Origin: Kudoa neothunni
Taxonomy: Eukaryota > Animalia > Cnidaria
DNA length: 64,000 nucleotides
Assembly: GCA_964304625.1 (NCBI GenBank)
Contig: OZ199840.1
Coordinates: 4,254,490-4,318,489, forward strand
Direction of reading: 5' to 3'
Part shown: positions 52,172 to 64,000 of the stretch, one piece after another
Layout: each line of letters opens with the position of its first letter
Position numbering within the stretch: the first letter of the stretch is position 1
The notes under the pieces: model-generated
Databases searched by the model: none
Told to the model about the DNA's origin: nothing
What the model saw: only the letters and a program-made list of their open reading frames with translations
Made by a program: the position numbers and the translations under genes

Positions 52172-54284
52172 TTATTCAGTTATTTCGGTCATGGGTTCAT
52201 TGGTGGAGTCGCTATGGCCCATAGAATGGAATGTTTCCTTAATTATTGGGATAGAAATCAATCTATGATAGTGTTTTTACTTTGGTTATTGTGATATCAT
52301 TCATGAGTGAATCTTGCTCGATAGAATCGTTGTTGCTGGTAGTTTGCATGGGTATATATTCACTGTAAGAGTTGGATTTGGGATTTCGAGCAGGCCTGAC
52401 GGTTTTATCGTCGTTGTTGAAGTGGCTTTTGTCAACTAGATCTTCTGACATGCGGGATCTATGAGCAACCATATGTCTCATGTCAATGTTACTTTCTGTT
52501 GATTTATTGAACTGGATCGACATATACTATGTTTATTCAGTGAGAGTGGTAAATAATATCAATAACTACTTTAAAGGCACTTCTTTGGTTGTATAGTTCG
52601 TAGAACGGTATCAGCAGCATGAGATAAACAGCCACAAAAACAATTACTCCAGATATCAAGAATGGAAGAAAGTAGGAATGAGAGTAATCGAAGAGAAAGC
52701 CTAGAAACAGTAGAATTGGCGATTTAAACGTCAATCATCATAAATAAGATGGTTCATAATCGAGCGAAATTAACTTTTGATGAATTTAATTGTGATGAAT
52801 TACCAGTAAAAGGACCTCCTAGCATAAGAGGAACTGCTTTTATTGCAAATAGTAGACCGATGCCCGAGCCGAGTTCTTCTCTTCCAATCAAATCACAAAC
52901 TAACACAGTAACAAGGCAGGCGTAAGCTCCGTCGAACACACCAAACGTAATCGCATATGCAATAAACTGATGGTACGATTGTATAATGGTTGCTGCTATA
53001 TGACTCAATCCTATAGCTACAAAAGATCCCTAAAATAAATTGTGAAAGATTTTATAATAATTCGTAATGTGATTAAAGTATAAAAATAAATATAATTAAT
53101 TATAAGGTTTAATTTTAAAATTACAATCATTAGATAGAGGGGAGACACAAAAGGTAGCTCGGCAATTTTTCCAGTGACCAACTTGCCAAAAAGAGATGCA
53201 ATAGCCATGTATCCAATTAGAAAATTTGCGTGATCATGATCAACCCCTTTGTTTTCTGCATAAAATACCTATATTTTCATTTAATATTAGTTTTATTAAA
53301 ATCGAGCGCCGAAAAATAAACAACACATACCAAATGAATATAAGGAACAAAGTAACCCATCATAAAAAATACACACGAAATGTTGAATAAGAGAAATGGA
53401 ATATTTTTCAGTAGATTCATAGGACAGAGATCGGTAGCTGTGATTCTCATCCATATAATGGGATCGATATGGATTTGATCTCGTTTGGAGTTTTTTTTCT
53501 GTGGAACACACAATTTCATCCTGACAACCAAATCATTGTAGAACATATTTAGTAGGATTAGCATAAGATAGCCAATCGAATAATATCTGATGCCACTTCT
53601 CCACCCAAATTTCTCGTAGAAAGAAGTAGCGAATGCAGATATAAGTAGAGTTCCTACACCACTACCTGCAGTTACCAGCCCATTCGATAAAGCCAATCTT
53701 TTATTAAAATATTTTGCTTGGACTAGAATTGACGAGAAAAAGCAGCAACTTGCACCGTATCCAAACAACAGGCCATACGATAGTAGTAGAACAATGAGAT
53801 TTGTACTGAAACTTGCAATCAATAATCCACACACTGATAATATACATCCAATAGTTCCAGTTGCTTGACAACCTATTTTCTTGTCAAATAAAGCAGCTAA
53901 TGGTGCCGACAAAAACATCACTCCCATATTGATACTGCCGATCCAGGCTAAAGAAACAAATTGATTAATGGGGATATCAAACTGAAATAAGTGTATACAT
54001 ATTTGTCCTAGAGTGGATTTGAACTCGTCCACCCACAAACTATTTAGCGAGCTCACATTATTCATAAAACCAATCACATATAGCTGTACAAAAAATGAGG
54101 CCATTGTCACAAACCATGAATATCCTCCATCCATCCGATTGACGGAAAACGCACATTTACAACATTTTCTATGAGGACTCACATTGGAATCGATATGTAC
54201 ACACTTTAGCTTGGATTCTTCTATTATTTCTTCTTTTGACAGTAATGGAATTTTCTCACCAGCTACCTCGGCATCTCTATCCAT
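52172..54284 (-). CDS. Monocarboxylate transporter (SLC16/MCT family, MFS)
   Basis: MCT signature DGGYSW before TM1; AWIGSI; YF.KRLALSNGLVTAGSGVG; FGWR; GYFVPYIHL; PLMLGGP.TG|FLFD...SY. First ATG at 54284 (the ORF track used an upstream TTG). Last exon ETFHSMG...EITE* ends at 52172. Confidence 0.95.
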
Positions 54285-55074
54285 GTTGGTTTTATCCAAT
54301 AAGCAAATCTTTTGATAGGATTAACTAATAACCAGCTAGACTGAATAGCATCTCGACGATCTTATGATATTTGGTTTGGTATTTGGAATACATACAGAAA
54401 CAATCAATGAGATATTAGTTCTAATGCTTGTTGATAACTACACTGCTAAATCATTAGATATATCCGTAAACAAGGTCATACAAACCTGCTGTGTAGGCTT
54501 TATTACTAAAAAATCAAATAAGTATTTTGGTGAAATTTGATGAGAATTAAATGGCCATATTAATATTATTAGAATTAAAAATTCCCCATAATTTTCAATA
54601 ATCCTTTCGATAATACTGGGATTGGCTGATTATTTAACAAAAAGATTCCAGACCTGACTAATAAGCCCCTTATACCTATTTGCATGTTCTAAACATCATT
54701 TAATCAGGATTTTCCCCTAATTAATTAACGGTTTGTATTAATTTCGTATTAGATTCAGATGAGGCGTAATTATGAGGTTCAGACATATTCACGATCATTA
54801 ATGAATGGATTGCTATTTTGCTTAAATAAATTTACCAGCTCAAAAAATAATTCTAAATACCACTTTAAAAGATCATATAATTGAATAAATGTTCCAAATT
54901 AGTATTATAATTTTTAACTAAGAAAGCGAATGATTACATCTCTGGTTAGTTAATTGATGGAAACTTCATGATTTAGCCATTGTTTCTAGTATAAAAGAAT
55001 TTCAAGTTAGCAGTCGTTGGTTTTCTCGCTGATTTATTATTTTTTATTCTAATCATTAATATAATACCTTAATC

Positions 55075-55722
55075 CAATGTTTCCCAACCTTTTTTCTATC
55101 GCGCCCATCCTTTTCAAAAGTATTTTTTTTAATTAAACTGTTTATAACTTTGAATAAGGCTCCCTATAACATTAAAATTTGAAAGCAATTAATATATACT
55201 TCTTTTTTCATTAAAATGAATTCGATCAGATCTAATTTAATTTAACGATGAACCCCAAAAATTAACATCTTTAGTTCATCATTCTGTCAAAAACGGCGTC
55301 AAATGAAACTCGTGATAATCCAACCTTCATTAGGAAAGACTTTCGTATATATGAGGCTAATAAACGGAAAATAAGTAATATAAACACAAAATTAATCAAT
55401 ACTATGTTAGGTTAATCAAAAAAAGGTGATATATGATTTTAAACGGGACAAATTTGAGATTCAAACTGTTCTGATTCTATTCGGATGAAGGACACGTTAA
55501 ATATTATTATTAAATTTTATGTTAATCGTCGCTTAAAAATAAGCGACATCGAAAATCGCGATATTAACTTCAGAGTACATCATACTGCCTAATTATCCCA
55601 TCAATATCCGTGCCACACCAATACTCAGTAATTTCCACTCATCACCGGAGGGATTCCTTAATAGTTTAAAAATTCCCCCTCCCCACCAAAATTTTGTCAC
55701 GCCCCACCAGTGAGAAACATTG
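55075..55722. mobile_element. Non-autonomous hAT-like MITE
   Basis: TIR CAATGTTTCCCAAC / CAATGTTTCTCACT (rc) with C-rich subterminal sequence. No TSD match. Confidence 0.5.
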
Positions 55723-56342
55723 TCGACCGTCTAACGATCATAAAAACAACTTATTTCCAACGATAATTGGGGGTTGAATCGACCTCACATTTTGATTTTA
55801 TTTTTCCCCACTAACAAATATTTTAAGCTAAGTTACATTATAATGGACCGCGCTCTCAAAAAAGCAGAAATTGTCGGAACACCAGCTAAAAAGAAGCGCG
55901 TTTTTTTAGTAACAATAGACATCATTGATTTTCTAGGTTTTGGCTAATTTAGAGTTGATATACATTAAACGATAAAAATTTACAAAATTTTGAACCTATT
56001 CACACGAAAAGAATTTGTTCGTGTAATGATCCCATTAGTCCAATATCATATAAGGCGCTTAATGGTAACTATGTGTTCAGGTGCCTAAGATGTATAAATA
56101 AATCTTCCCTTTGATCAGGAACAATTTTTGAAAATTCAAAACTATCACTATGAAAATATTTCTTTTCTTCGTCACCAGAAAATCGTTGGAAAATACCCAA
56201 GATTATAGATGAGATTTTATTTTTCATAGGAAAAATAAAGGAAAGAAAATTAGTACATTTATCAAAGAAATAATGATTAATTTTATTATTTAAAAGTATG
56301 TTCAAACAATTTCCGATTTTTCGTGATGATAGTCCATTATAA

Positions 56343-59300
56343 CAGTGGCGGGAAAAGTGCGGCCCTTGAAGTTTTGTGCAAGCATGTACGTGTTTTCATA
56401 ATCAAGTAACGCCAAGACAACATTTCTCTTCCATAAATAAATAACTTTTTGATGAATAGCATGGATTCTTAAACGTTAATTTTCCTCGATTTTATTATCT
56501 GACTTGATGTTTTACCTATGCTTGCACCGTACCTATGATTATCATATGTAAATGTGAATGAGGTAAGATTTGATACGCGCTTAAAATAAGATAACATGTC
56601 ATTAATTTTGGAAAAAACTTGTACAAGAAATTCAATTTACAACAAAAAGAATCTAAGAATAACTAAATAATAGAAAAATATATGGGCATGTGATACTCAT
56701 ACATAAATTGGAAGTTTGACGCAATAAGAATCATATCCTTACTTTCCATTATATTCGTTTCGTTTACAAAAATCTCATTTATTACCATATTTGAAAAGGG
56801 ATAAAATTTATGTAATTTTTACAATTTTTTATATATCCTAAGATCTTAAAGTATAATTATTCATAATAGAGATGTATCAAAATTTATCAGTTCGATGTAA
56901 GAATAGTTTTTTATTCATTTACTTAATTTTCTTGAGTGATAGCTCGCTCAAACTTCCCTTATTAATTGTAATTTGTCGACTCCGCGTGTTTGTAGAATTA
57001 AACAAACATGCCCTTCTGAAAGCGTACATTTGTTGATGAAAACCATAATTCTGATGATAAATGGACTCAAAAATATTTCTTCACCTATTCAATGAATAAA
57101 GCGGTGTGTTTGTTTTATCTCGAATCGGTCGCCGTATTCAAGGAATATAACTTGAAACGGCATCACGAAACGAAACATGGGGAATTCAGTGAAAAAATCA
57201 ACAATAACGATAGGGAACAGACGACCTTAAAATACCTTGAAAATTATCAAAAGAAACTCAGTTTATTCAAAACGAAATCTCTAATCCAAGAAAATGGATC
57301 TGAAGCAAGTTTTGTGATATAATATAACATTGCTCGGCGAGTCAAACCATTTTTAGATGGCGAATTTGTGAAAGAATGTATAATGAATTGTGTTAGCGGT
57401 GTTTGTCCGGAATTGAAAAAAAAAGTTTGAAAATATTCCACTATCAAGAAGGACAGTTGTGCGTCGTATAGAAATGATAAGTGAAAATATAAGCCAACAA
57501 TTAAAAGATATAAGAAAAGATTTTGTGTGTTATTTATTAGCTTTAGATGAAAGCACAGATATTAGAGACCCTGCGCAATTTTTTATTTTTGTATCACTGA
57601 AGAGTTACTTTCTATGGAACCGATGGAAAGTACAACGACTGGGCAGGATTTTTTGTATGTGTGGTTAAACAGTTGAAAACAATGAATTACCTAGGAGTAA
57701 ATTAACAAACGTAACAACTGATGGCACTCGCTCTTTATTGGGAAAGAATTTGAGAATGATTAAACTATTGAATGAAAAACTTAAAAAAGAGATTCCCAGC
57801 CATGTTTTTCTGTCATTTCACTGCATTTTGAACCAAGAAAATTTGTATAAATCTGCATTAAGTTTAAACCACATTGTAGCTCCAGTTGTGAACGCAATAA
57901 ATATCATTCGTTCAAGAGTTCTAAATCACCCTCAGTTCAGATCGTTGTTAAATGATCTTGATTCTGAGTACGGACACGTTACCTACCATAACAATGTACG
58001 ATGGTTAAGTTTAGGAAAAGTTTTGAATTGTGAGTTTATCCATAATATAGAGTCTATATTATAGACTGCAATGAATAGAGGTTTGAGCTTATGTTCGCAG
58101 TTGACATCTTTGAAAAACTCAACGAATTAAACCTAAAGTTACAAGGTAAACAATTCATGGTTTATGAAATGTTCAACCACATTAATTCTTTTGAAATGAA
58201 ACTATCCCTTTTTATAAATCAAATTAATGAAGGGAAATTTACTCATTTTTCCATTGCTTGCAAAAAAAAAGTGCCTCCGGCTATTCGTTTTAAAACAAAA
58301 AGTCATCTGAAATCTTTATTAGATGAGATCAATAGAAGATTTAAAGACCTTCGACAGGTTTAACCAAAATTTCAAATACTCACACCGTTATTCTCTGTTG
58401 ATGTCAACACGACTCCCGACGTGTTTCAGCTTGAACTGATAGATGTTCAATCTGATAGTTTATTGAAAGAATTGTTGTCGTTCCATTAGTAGAATTTTAC
58501 AATTCGTTACCTGCTAAGAGTTTTCCATGCCTTAGAAATTTCGCTTCAGAAATATTTTCTATTTTTGAGTCAACCTATATTTGAATTTGTGAGCAAAGTT
58601 TCTCCTGTACGAAAATTAATAAAAACCTAGGAACCTTGTTCAGGATATCTTCAAGCAACCTAAAACCGAACCTTAGGCTATTAGTTCATGAAAATATTTA
58701 GTAATTTTTTTCTTTAATTTTCGTTTTATTTAGTATCTGAAATGCAACACCAATCACTTCACGGTTGAAGCTTTATGACAAATATAAGTTTTATTAATTG
58801 ATATAATTAAGGGAAATTAAAAGAAATAATAAGTTATGATAACTTTGCCTGCTGAAATTATTGTTCTAAAAAATATATATAAAAAACTTTAAAAGATGAA
58901 TGTTACATTGATACTTACCAAAAATTAAGATTTTTTTAATTTCATGTTATTTTAATCATAGTTTGGGATTGTAATATTCCGTAATAAATATTAAGAAAAT
59001 TATTTCTGTAAGTTGATTATATTTGTCATAAAAAATTTAATGTAATCCGAAATACTATAAATCTAATTAATTTTTATTACTTTAATTATATTCCGATTTA
59101 TAATTCAGGTCTCATTTTAAAGTAGATGTTATATTAAATTGTATGTTTAAAATAATTGTATCGGAGTCATTTTATAAACATTTCATGTGTACTTAATGAG
59201 TAATATTAACGTTTCATAACATTAGTTAAATTAAAATTTATTAAGCATAAAACCTATTATTACGATTGTAACTTGCAATAGTATGTCGATCACAAAATTT

Positions 59301-59473
59301 CCATATTTAGAAAAATTATTTTATACAGCAACTTGTTTATTGTACCAAAAATGTTAGAAAAGCTGCCAATAAGGATTTAAGTTCCCAGAAAACACTTAAT
59401 CAACAATGTGACCCTTCAAGCTTCTGTAATGAGCCAATATAGCCCGCAGACCCAAGAGTTGTGCCCACCATTG
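56343..59473 (+). mobile_element. hAT transposon of the Charlie/SPIN (GTF2IRD2-like) group, decayed
   Basis: TIR CAGTGGCGGGAAAA / CAATGGTGGGCACA (rc). 8-bp TSD CATTATAA / CGTTATAG. Internal transposase remnants. Confidence 0.88.
57008..58625 (+). pseudogene. hAT transposase pseudogene (GTF2IRD2/EPM2AIP1-like)
   Basis: VCL...VAVFKEYNLKRHHETKH, KPF.DGEFVKEC, ALDESTD, TTDG, FHCI..QENL, VRWLSLGKVL, LNELNLKLQGK, STY..CEQSFS. Many stops and frameshifts. Confidence 0.93.
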
Positions 59474-59481
59474 CGTTATAG

Positions 59482-59572
59482 TTAGGAATGCAATTTTCGA
59501 TTTCGATCGATTTAAACTGTCGATTTTAAAAGGTTCGTTCGACGTTTATTTTTTCGGGAAGCGGGCCTTAAT
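59482..59572 (+). repeat. Dispersed repeat, copy 2 (homologous to 3022-3090)
   Basis: TTAGGAATGCAATTTTCGATTT...CGATTTAAACTGTCGATTT...AGGTTCGTTCGACGTTTATTT. Confidence 0.7.
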
Positions 59573-62345
59573 GAGAACGGACAGAAAAAGATGTGATTTG
59601 GATTATTATATTAAGGATTAAGTTAATTTGGAAGTTATTTAAATGAATTTGTTTAGAAATACGGCAAGTTAAAATTGCCTACAAAACCATGTGCAGAAAC
59701 ATATTGCATTATCGAAGCATAATTGAATGATAGAATCGTTTAAAGCGTGTCTCTCCTGACTCTTTTGGTATTTAAAGATCATAGAAATAACAAAAATAAT
59801 GATTTATCTTGTTTCGGGCGTGGTGTATGGTGGGTTACCATTTAAAATAATAGATAGTTACACAAGACCTACACGTTTTTCCTAAAAATATTGTCCTACA
59901 GCACGCTTACTTTCTAATGCTGAAACTTTTGTTGAAAAGCACTTACTCACATTGGTTAAAAAAATATTTCAGAAAAATAAACTTGCAGACAATTTTTACG
60001 GATTCTTAAAATTACTGTTGTCTTCAATCGCAGTAAAAATTTTTGCTAAGATTAGGCATGTTCTTTCAGAGGAGAGAATATCTCATTCGAGAACAAAAAT
60101 CTCTGATATTATAATTATATTAAAATGATGAAAATAAAATATAGTTTTATTATATACTGTGTAATATTAATTTGTATTTTTTGCGCGTGTTCTTGATGTA
60201 GATTCTATCGTAAGACTTTAAACTAACCCGTATTTGCCAATCAATGAAGTATCGTACATGCTCAGATCGTCGTCATCAGTTTCTCGAGAGATCCTCATAT
60301 TCACTACCAGAAGACTCATCGTTATGAAATAAAAAATTAAATTCAGAAACCATAAACATTTTTCTGATACAAAATTACTACTAATGGAAAAAAATATTTT
60401 ATATTACTTAATGCAATCAATCGTCTAAAGTGTGCACGAGCAGTGTTCGAATAGGTCGCGTCAGATTAATTCAAGGATTAAATTTGATTTTCCTTAGAAT
60501 CCTGTCGGTAAAATATTTTAATATCTCACATAACAAATTTAATGATTTTATATAGAGATCGACGTCAAAAAAATCGACATTGGGCATTCAGCGCTCTTTA
60601 AAGTTTTGAGTTAATGAGAATCACCACACTGACTTGAATTCGCATAAAAAAATTTATAACTATAATTAATATAATTTTTGTTGGAGAATTTATTACATCA
60701 TAAACTTATCACGAGTTTATGATATCAACAATTTCTTATTGTATTATATATAGAGTTAATGGATATTCTGATGATAAAAGTTATAAAAATAAGTCATTTA
60801 AAAATCAATCTATCAATAAACTAAATCATTTATTATGTTAAATTACAAGAATAATAATGTTTTACTTGACCTAAGTAACGTCATTTAACGCATATTCCTA
60901 CGGACCAACATCTTTCATTTATTAAACATTAATATATAATATATTATGGTAATTTATAAAGGGTCGTAAGTTAAAACAGATTGCTTAACAACAGCAAACC
61001 GAATTTGTATGGGCTAATAGACGCAGCCATTTTTTATCTCTCATGGGCAGTTGTGCATAAGCTTTCTGAGTCGGGTCATAATTCGACATTGAAAAATCCC
61101 AGGGTCAAAAAATAATGTTTTAAATAGCATTTTGAGCGAATTTTAATAATTCGCGGATGAAAATTAAATACAACAATAACGTCAAATTATTTAGTCTTGG
61201 TACCGGGTCCGAAATTATTAACTAAACGCACGGATTGGTGCATCCCTGCACAGAAATGATCATGATTTCAATTACGCCAATTACAATCGTTGAAATATGT
61301 CGCTTTAAAATTTTTAGTTTCATGCTTCTATGGGTTAATCCAAAACTTCAATGTATTTTTTGAAATTAATTAAAGAACGTCTCTACACGAAATCCTCCCC
61401 AAACAAAGTTGGGCAGTTCCCGCTAGTAATATCTATTTATAAATAAAAAAGTATTTATTTTTGAAGAATATTTGAATAAAATTTTCCATTAATAATTATA
61501 ATGAATACTATCATTAATAAATAGTTAAAAAATATTGATTGGGTTTGAATAACATCAAATTACAGAGAAAATATGTCTGTGACTTAACCTTACATTACAT
61601 GATACCGGATTTTTAATGCTAAGTGAAGCCGAATCAGACAACAAATCTTTACATGAAAAATCTATATTATGGTGTATTTGATTAAAATAATATTATGAAT
61701 GCATTTTAGATCATTCAAAATTCACATTGTTTTGTAAAATATTCCATTTATCCTCTCCTATTATTTGAATCCTTAGGGTAAAGCGATTTAGTAAGGATAA
61801 GATAATTTCTGTTAAACTGAAAAAATCCTGCCTCAAAAAGTTACCTGTTTTTTAATATCAAATTTAAATTTTCTCAAAAGATTTTAATTTAAGCAGATAT
61901 AATATTAAGTTCACTCTTCTCATTATTACGTGGTCACATCCTACACAAAAAAGTATAGCTCCAGTCTCATCGATTGATCCCTTATTTTCGGATTAATAAA
62001 TAGCTTTTTTCATAGCGACATCTGAATGAAGTTATTTCAACATAAGCCGGGGGTAATCATGGCTATTAAGGTATAGATTATGTCAAATCGATGAATGAGC
62101 TGAAAATTTTTCGCCATCTTTAGGTAACACACTCGACCCTCATTTATTAGAAAATCGCACTATCCGAACGATTTTTAAAAACATTTCTGAAAATCAGTGT
62201 AAACTCTAGATAAAAAATAATTTAATTAATTGAAATCAGTACCCGAAAGGAAAATGCTAGGTCCCAACATTTTCGAGTAATCTGGGTTCGATTGTATATA
62301 AAAATAGTTAATTTTTAGAACATTAAAATAATACATTTAATAGAA

Positions 62346-62703
62346 CTAAGAATTAAATAATTTTCTCAATATCTCAGCCCTCTTGTGGGTCGAGTTATCA
62401 TAGGATCGTTGCGACGACAACCACAATGTAGGCGACACGTCGAGTATTCCTCCCAAAACCTCCAAACCAAAATAACGAGGGAAACGAGAAGTATCTTCTA
62501 TAAGATGAGCAAACCCTCCGTCTTCTAAGTCGAATTCAACAGTAAAGTAAGCCAAACCTTTTGGTATTTTTTTCTACGTAAAAATGTCATTTAAAAAAAA
62601 TCGCCTAAATAAATACTGTATATGAGAGTGAATTTTTAATGATCGAGTCCAGCATTATAATTGGTTTGTTAGACGATTCCTCTTCGCATTCATTCAATGC
62701 CTT
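62346..62703 (-). CDS. CWF19L2: CWF19-like protein 2 (CwfJ C-terminal domain), last two exons; upstream exons lie toward or beyond the window end
   Basis: Exon 62617-62703 KALNECEEESSNKPIIML...; exon 62346-62573 KKIPKGLAYFTVEFDLEDGGFAHLIEDTSRFPRYFGLEVLGGILDVSPTLW. This matches the CWF19L2 C-terminus (KAI.E.DEEWS.NK...P.GLPYF.V.FG..GGFAHVIED...FP.YFG.E.IGGMLD..P.LW). Phase-0 GT-AG intron 62574-62616. Confidence 0.9.
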
Positions 62704-63227
62704 CTATATCATATAATATTTTGAAAATTTTTTCTTACAATTATCAATATAAACCCGACTTTTAAAAAGATCCCTTAATTAAGTTGGATTAGAAAGAAAA
62801 AGAAATTACGAATAAAAATGAGTGATTGGGATGCTTGCGCAATATTAAAGAAAATATTAAACACGGTTCCTTTTTTATTTACTTTTATTAAAAAACCTAA
62901 GATACTTTATGGATTATTATATGAAGAATAAGTACTACTTTTTATTTTGAAAATACCTATAAATGCTGTTATAACAAAAATTCAGCGCGGAATTTACTTT
63001 ATTAACCATTTACAGATATTTACAGAAATGTGTATATTTTTACTAAGTTATTATCGTTAATCATACGTGAACAAATGATAAAAAATTTTAAAACCTCAAT
63101 TATAAAATAAAAAATTGAACTTTACTTTTAAATTTATCAACAAATATATCTTTAAACTATTATTATATTATTTTATAAAGAATAGATTAATTGTGCTTTA
63201 TGATATTTATGTACAATAGGGAAAAAT

Positions 63228-63253
63228 GATATATATATATATATATATATATA
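63228..63253. repeat. (AT)n microsatellite
   Basis: About 12 AT units. Confidence 0.9.
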
Positions 63254-64000
63254 AATAATATTAATACTATATAAGGGCAAAACTACACCTTTATAATAAA
63301 ATGATTATTATTGTATATCTAGTTATTAGAAAGTGTATTCATTGCTGATATATATGTACATGAATTTTCGTAATGCTAATTTCCTAGACTACTAACTTAT
63401 TCATTAAGCTAAAAAAGCTATACGGAGAGTCGAATGCTGTAAAATGACCATGAGTAAATATAACGATTATTCTTTGAATTAATCATAAATTACGATCACT
63501 AAATGACTTCCAAAATAACAATTGATATGGTTTATCTTTATCAAACTTTAAGCCTCAATAAAAAAACTCTTAGTTAAATAGTATATTTTTATTTGATTTC
63601 TAGATTTCATTTATCGAGTAATGAGGATTTATTCCATGTTTTAGAATCATTCTTTAATTTATAGTTGAATTTTAATCCATATCCAAATTTATTAAATTGC
63701 TCTAATTTTCATTTATCACCAAAGTTTGTAACTACTTGCGATTTATATACTAGATTATATAAATAATACAATTTTGAACATTATTTCAAATATGTAAAGA
63801 TTATTTAATGTGGCGAAATTTTGTAAAAGATTAAAGAAATAGTCTATATCATTCTCAAAACGTTTTTGCCCAACGTTAAACAACAGAAATTGCATCAGAA
63901 CATTAAAATTTCAAATTGTAGGGCTAAACCTTACAAATCAAGAATCGAGTTAACGAATAGTCTTCGTTATGTCATTCTAATGCAAAATCTCAATAATCAT

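Noticed and set aside
54285-54299. TTG/GTG start codons used by the ORF track (e.g. MCT at 54299, 29136, 62555)
   Set aside because: Eukaryotic spliced genes: these are internal exon positions or lie upstream of the true ATG.
60698-60723. 10-bp hairpin ATCATAAACT/AGTTTATGAT and similar short inverted repeats (e.g. ~18630)
   Set aside because: Expected by chance in DNA this AT-rich; no supporting context.
59483-61248. hAT element bounded by TAGGAATGCA and TGCATCCCTG
   Set aside because: The termini match only loosely and the flanking 8-mers (GTTATAGT vs CACAGAAA) are not a TSD.
1-64000. CRISPR arrays, operons, rRNA or prokaryotic defence systems
   Set aside because: No regularly spaced repeats or rRNA-like sequence; genes are intron-containing and eukaryotic.

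Overview
Very AT-rich eukaryotic (animal-like) genomic DNA with mostly short GT-AG introns (about 33-90 nt) and a heavy load of decayed DNA transposons. The compact genes and divergent proteins would fit a derived or parasitic metazoan such as a myxozoan, but the taxon cannot be fixed from this window. Host genes I could splice by hand: 5' end of a choline/ethanolamine phosphotransferase (CEPT1/CHPT1 family, minus, truncated); two tandem paralogous signal-peptide genes built from cysteine-decorated FN3-like modules (copy 1 ends in two microexons, a transmembrane helix and a short basic tail); a ~1650-aa N/Q-rich orphan protein; cytoplasmic aspartyl-tRNA synthetase; a TCP11-family gene; an SLC16/MCT transporter; and the last two exons of CWF19L2. 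Mobile DNA: a nest at 3.1-11.1 kb (piggyBac containing a non-autonomous piggyBac containing a Merlin-type TIR element, abutted to another piggyBac at a shared TTAA); a Merlin nested in a hAT remnant; a GTF2IRD2/Charlie-type hAT; several non-autonomous hAT and piggyBac elements; and a tRNA-derived SINE. The best candidates for undescribed biology are the Cys-FN3 surface-protein family, TIR elements carrying non-transposase cargo, and the N/Q-rich orphan. All calls come from manual reading; no database searches were run.
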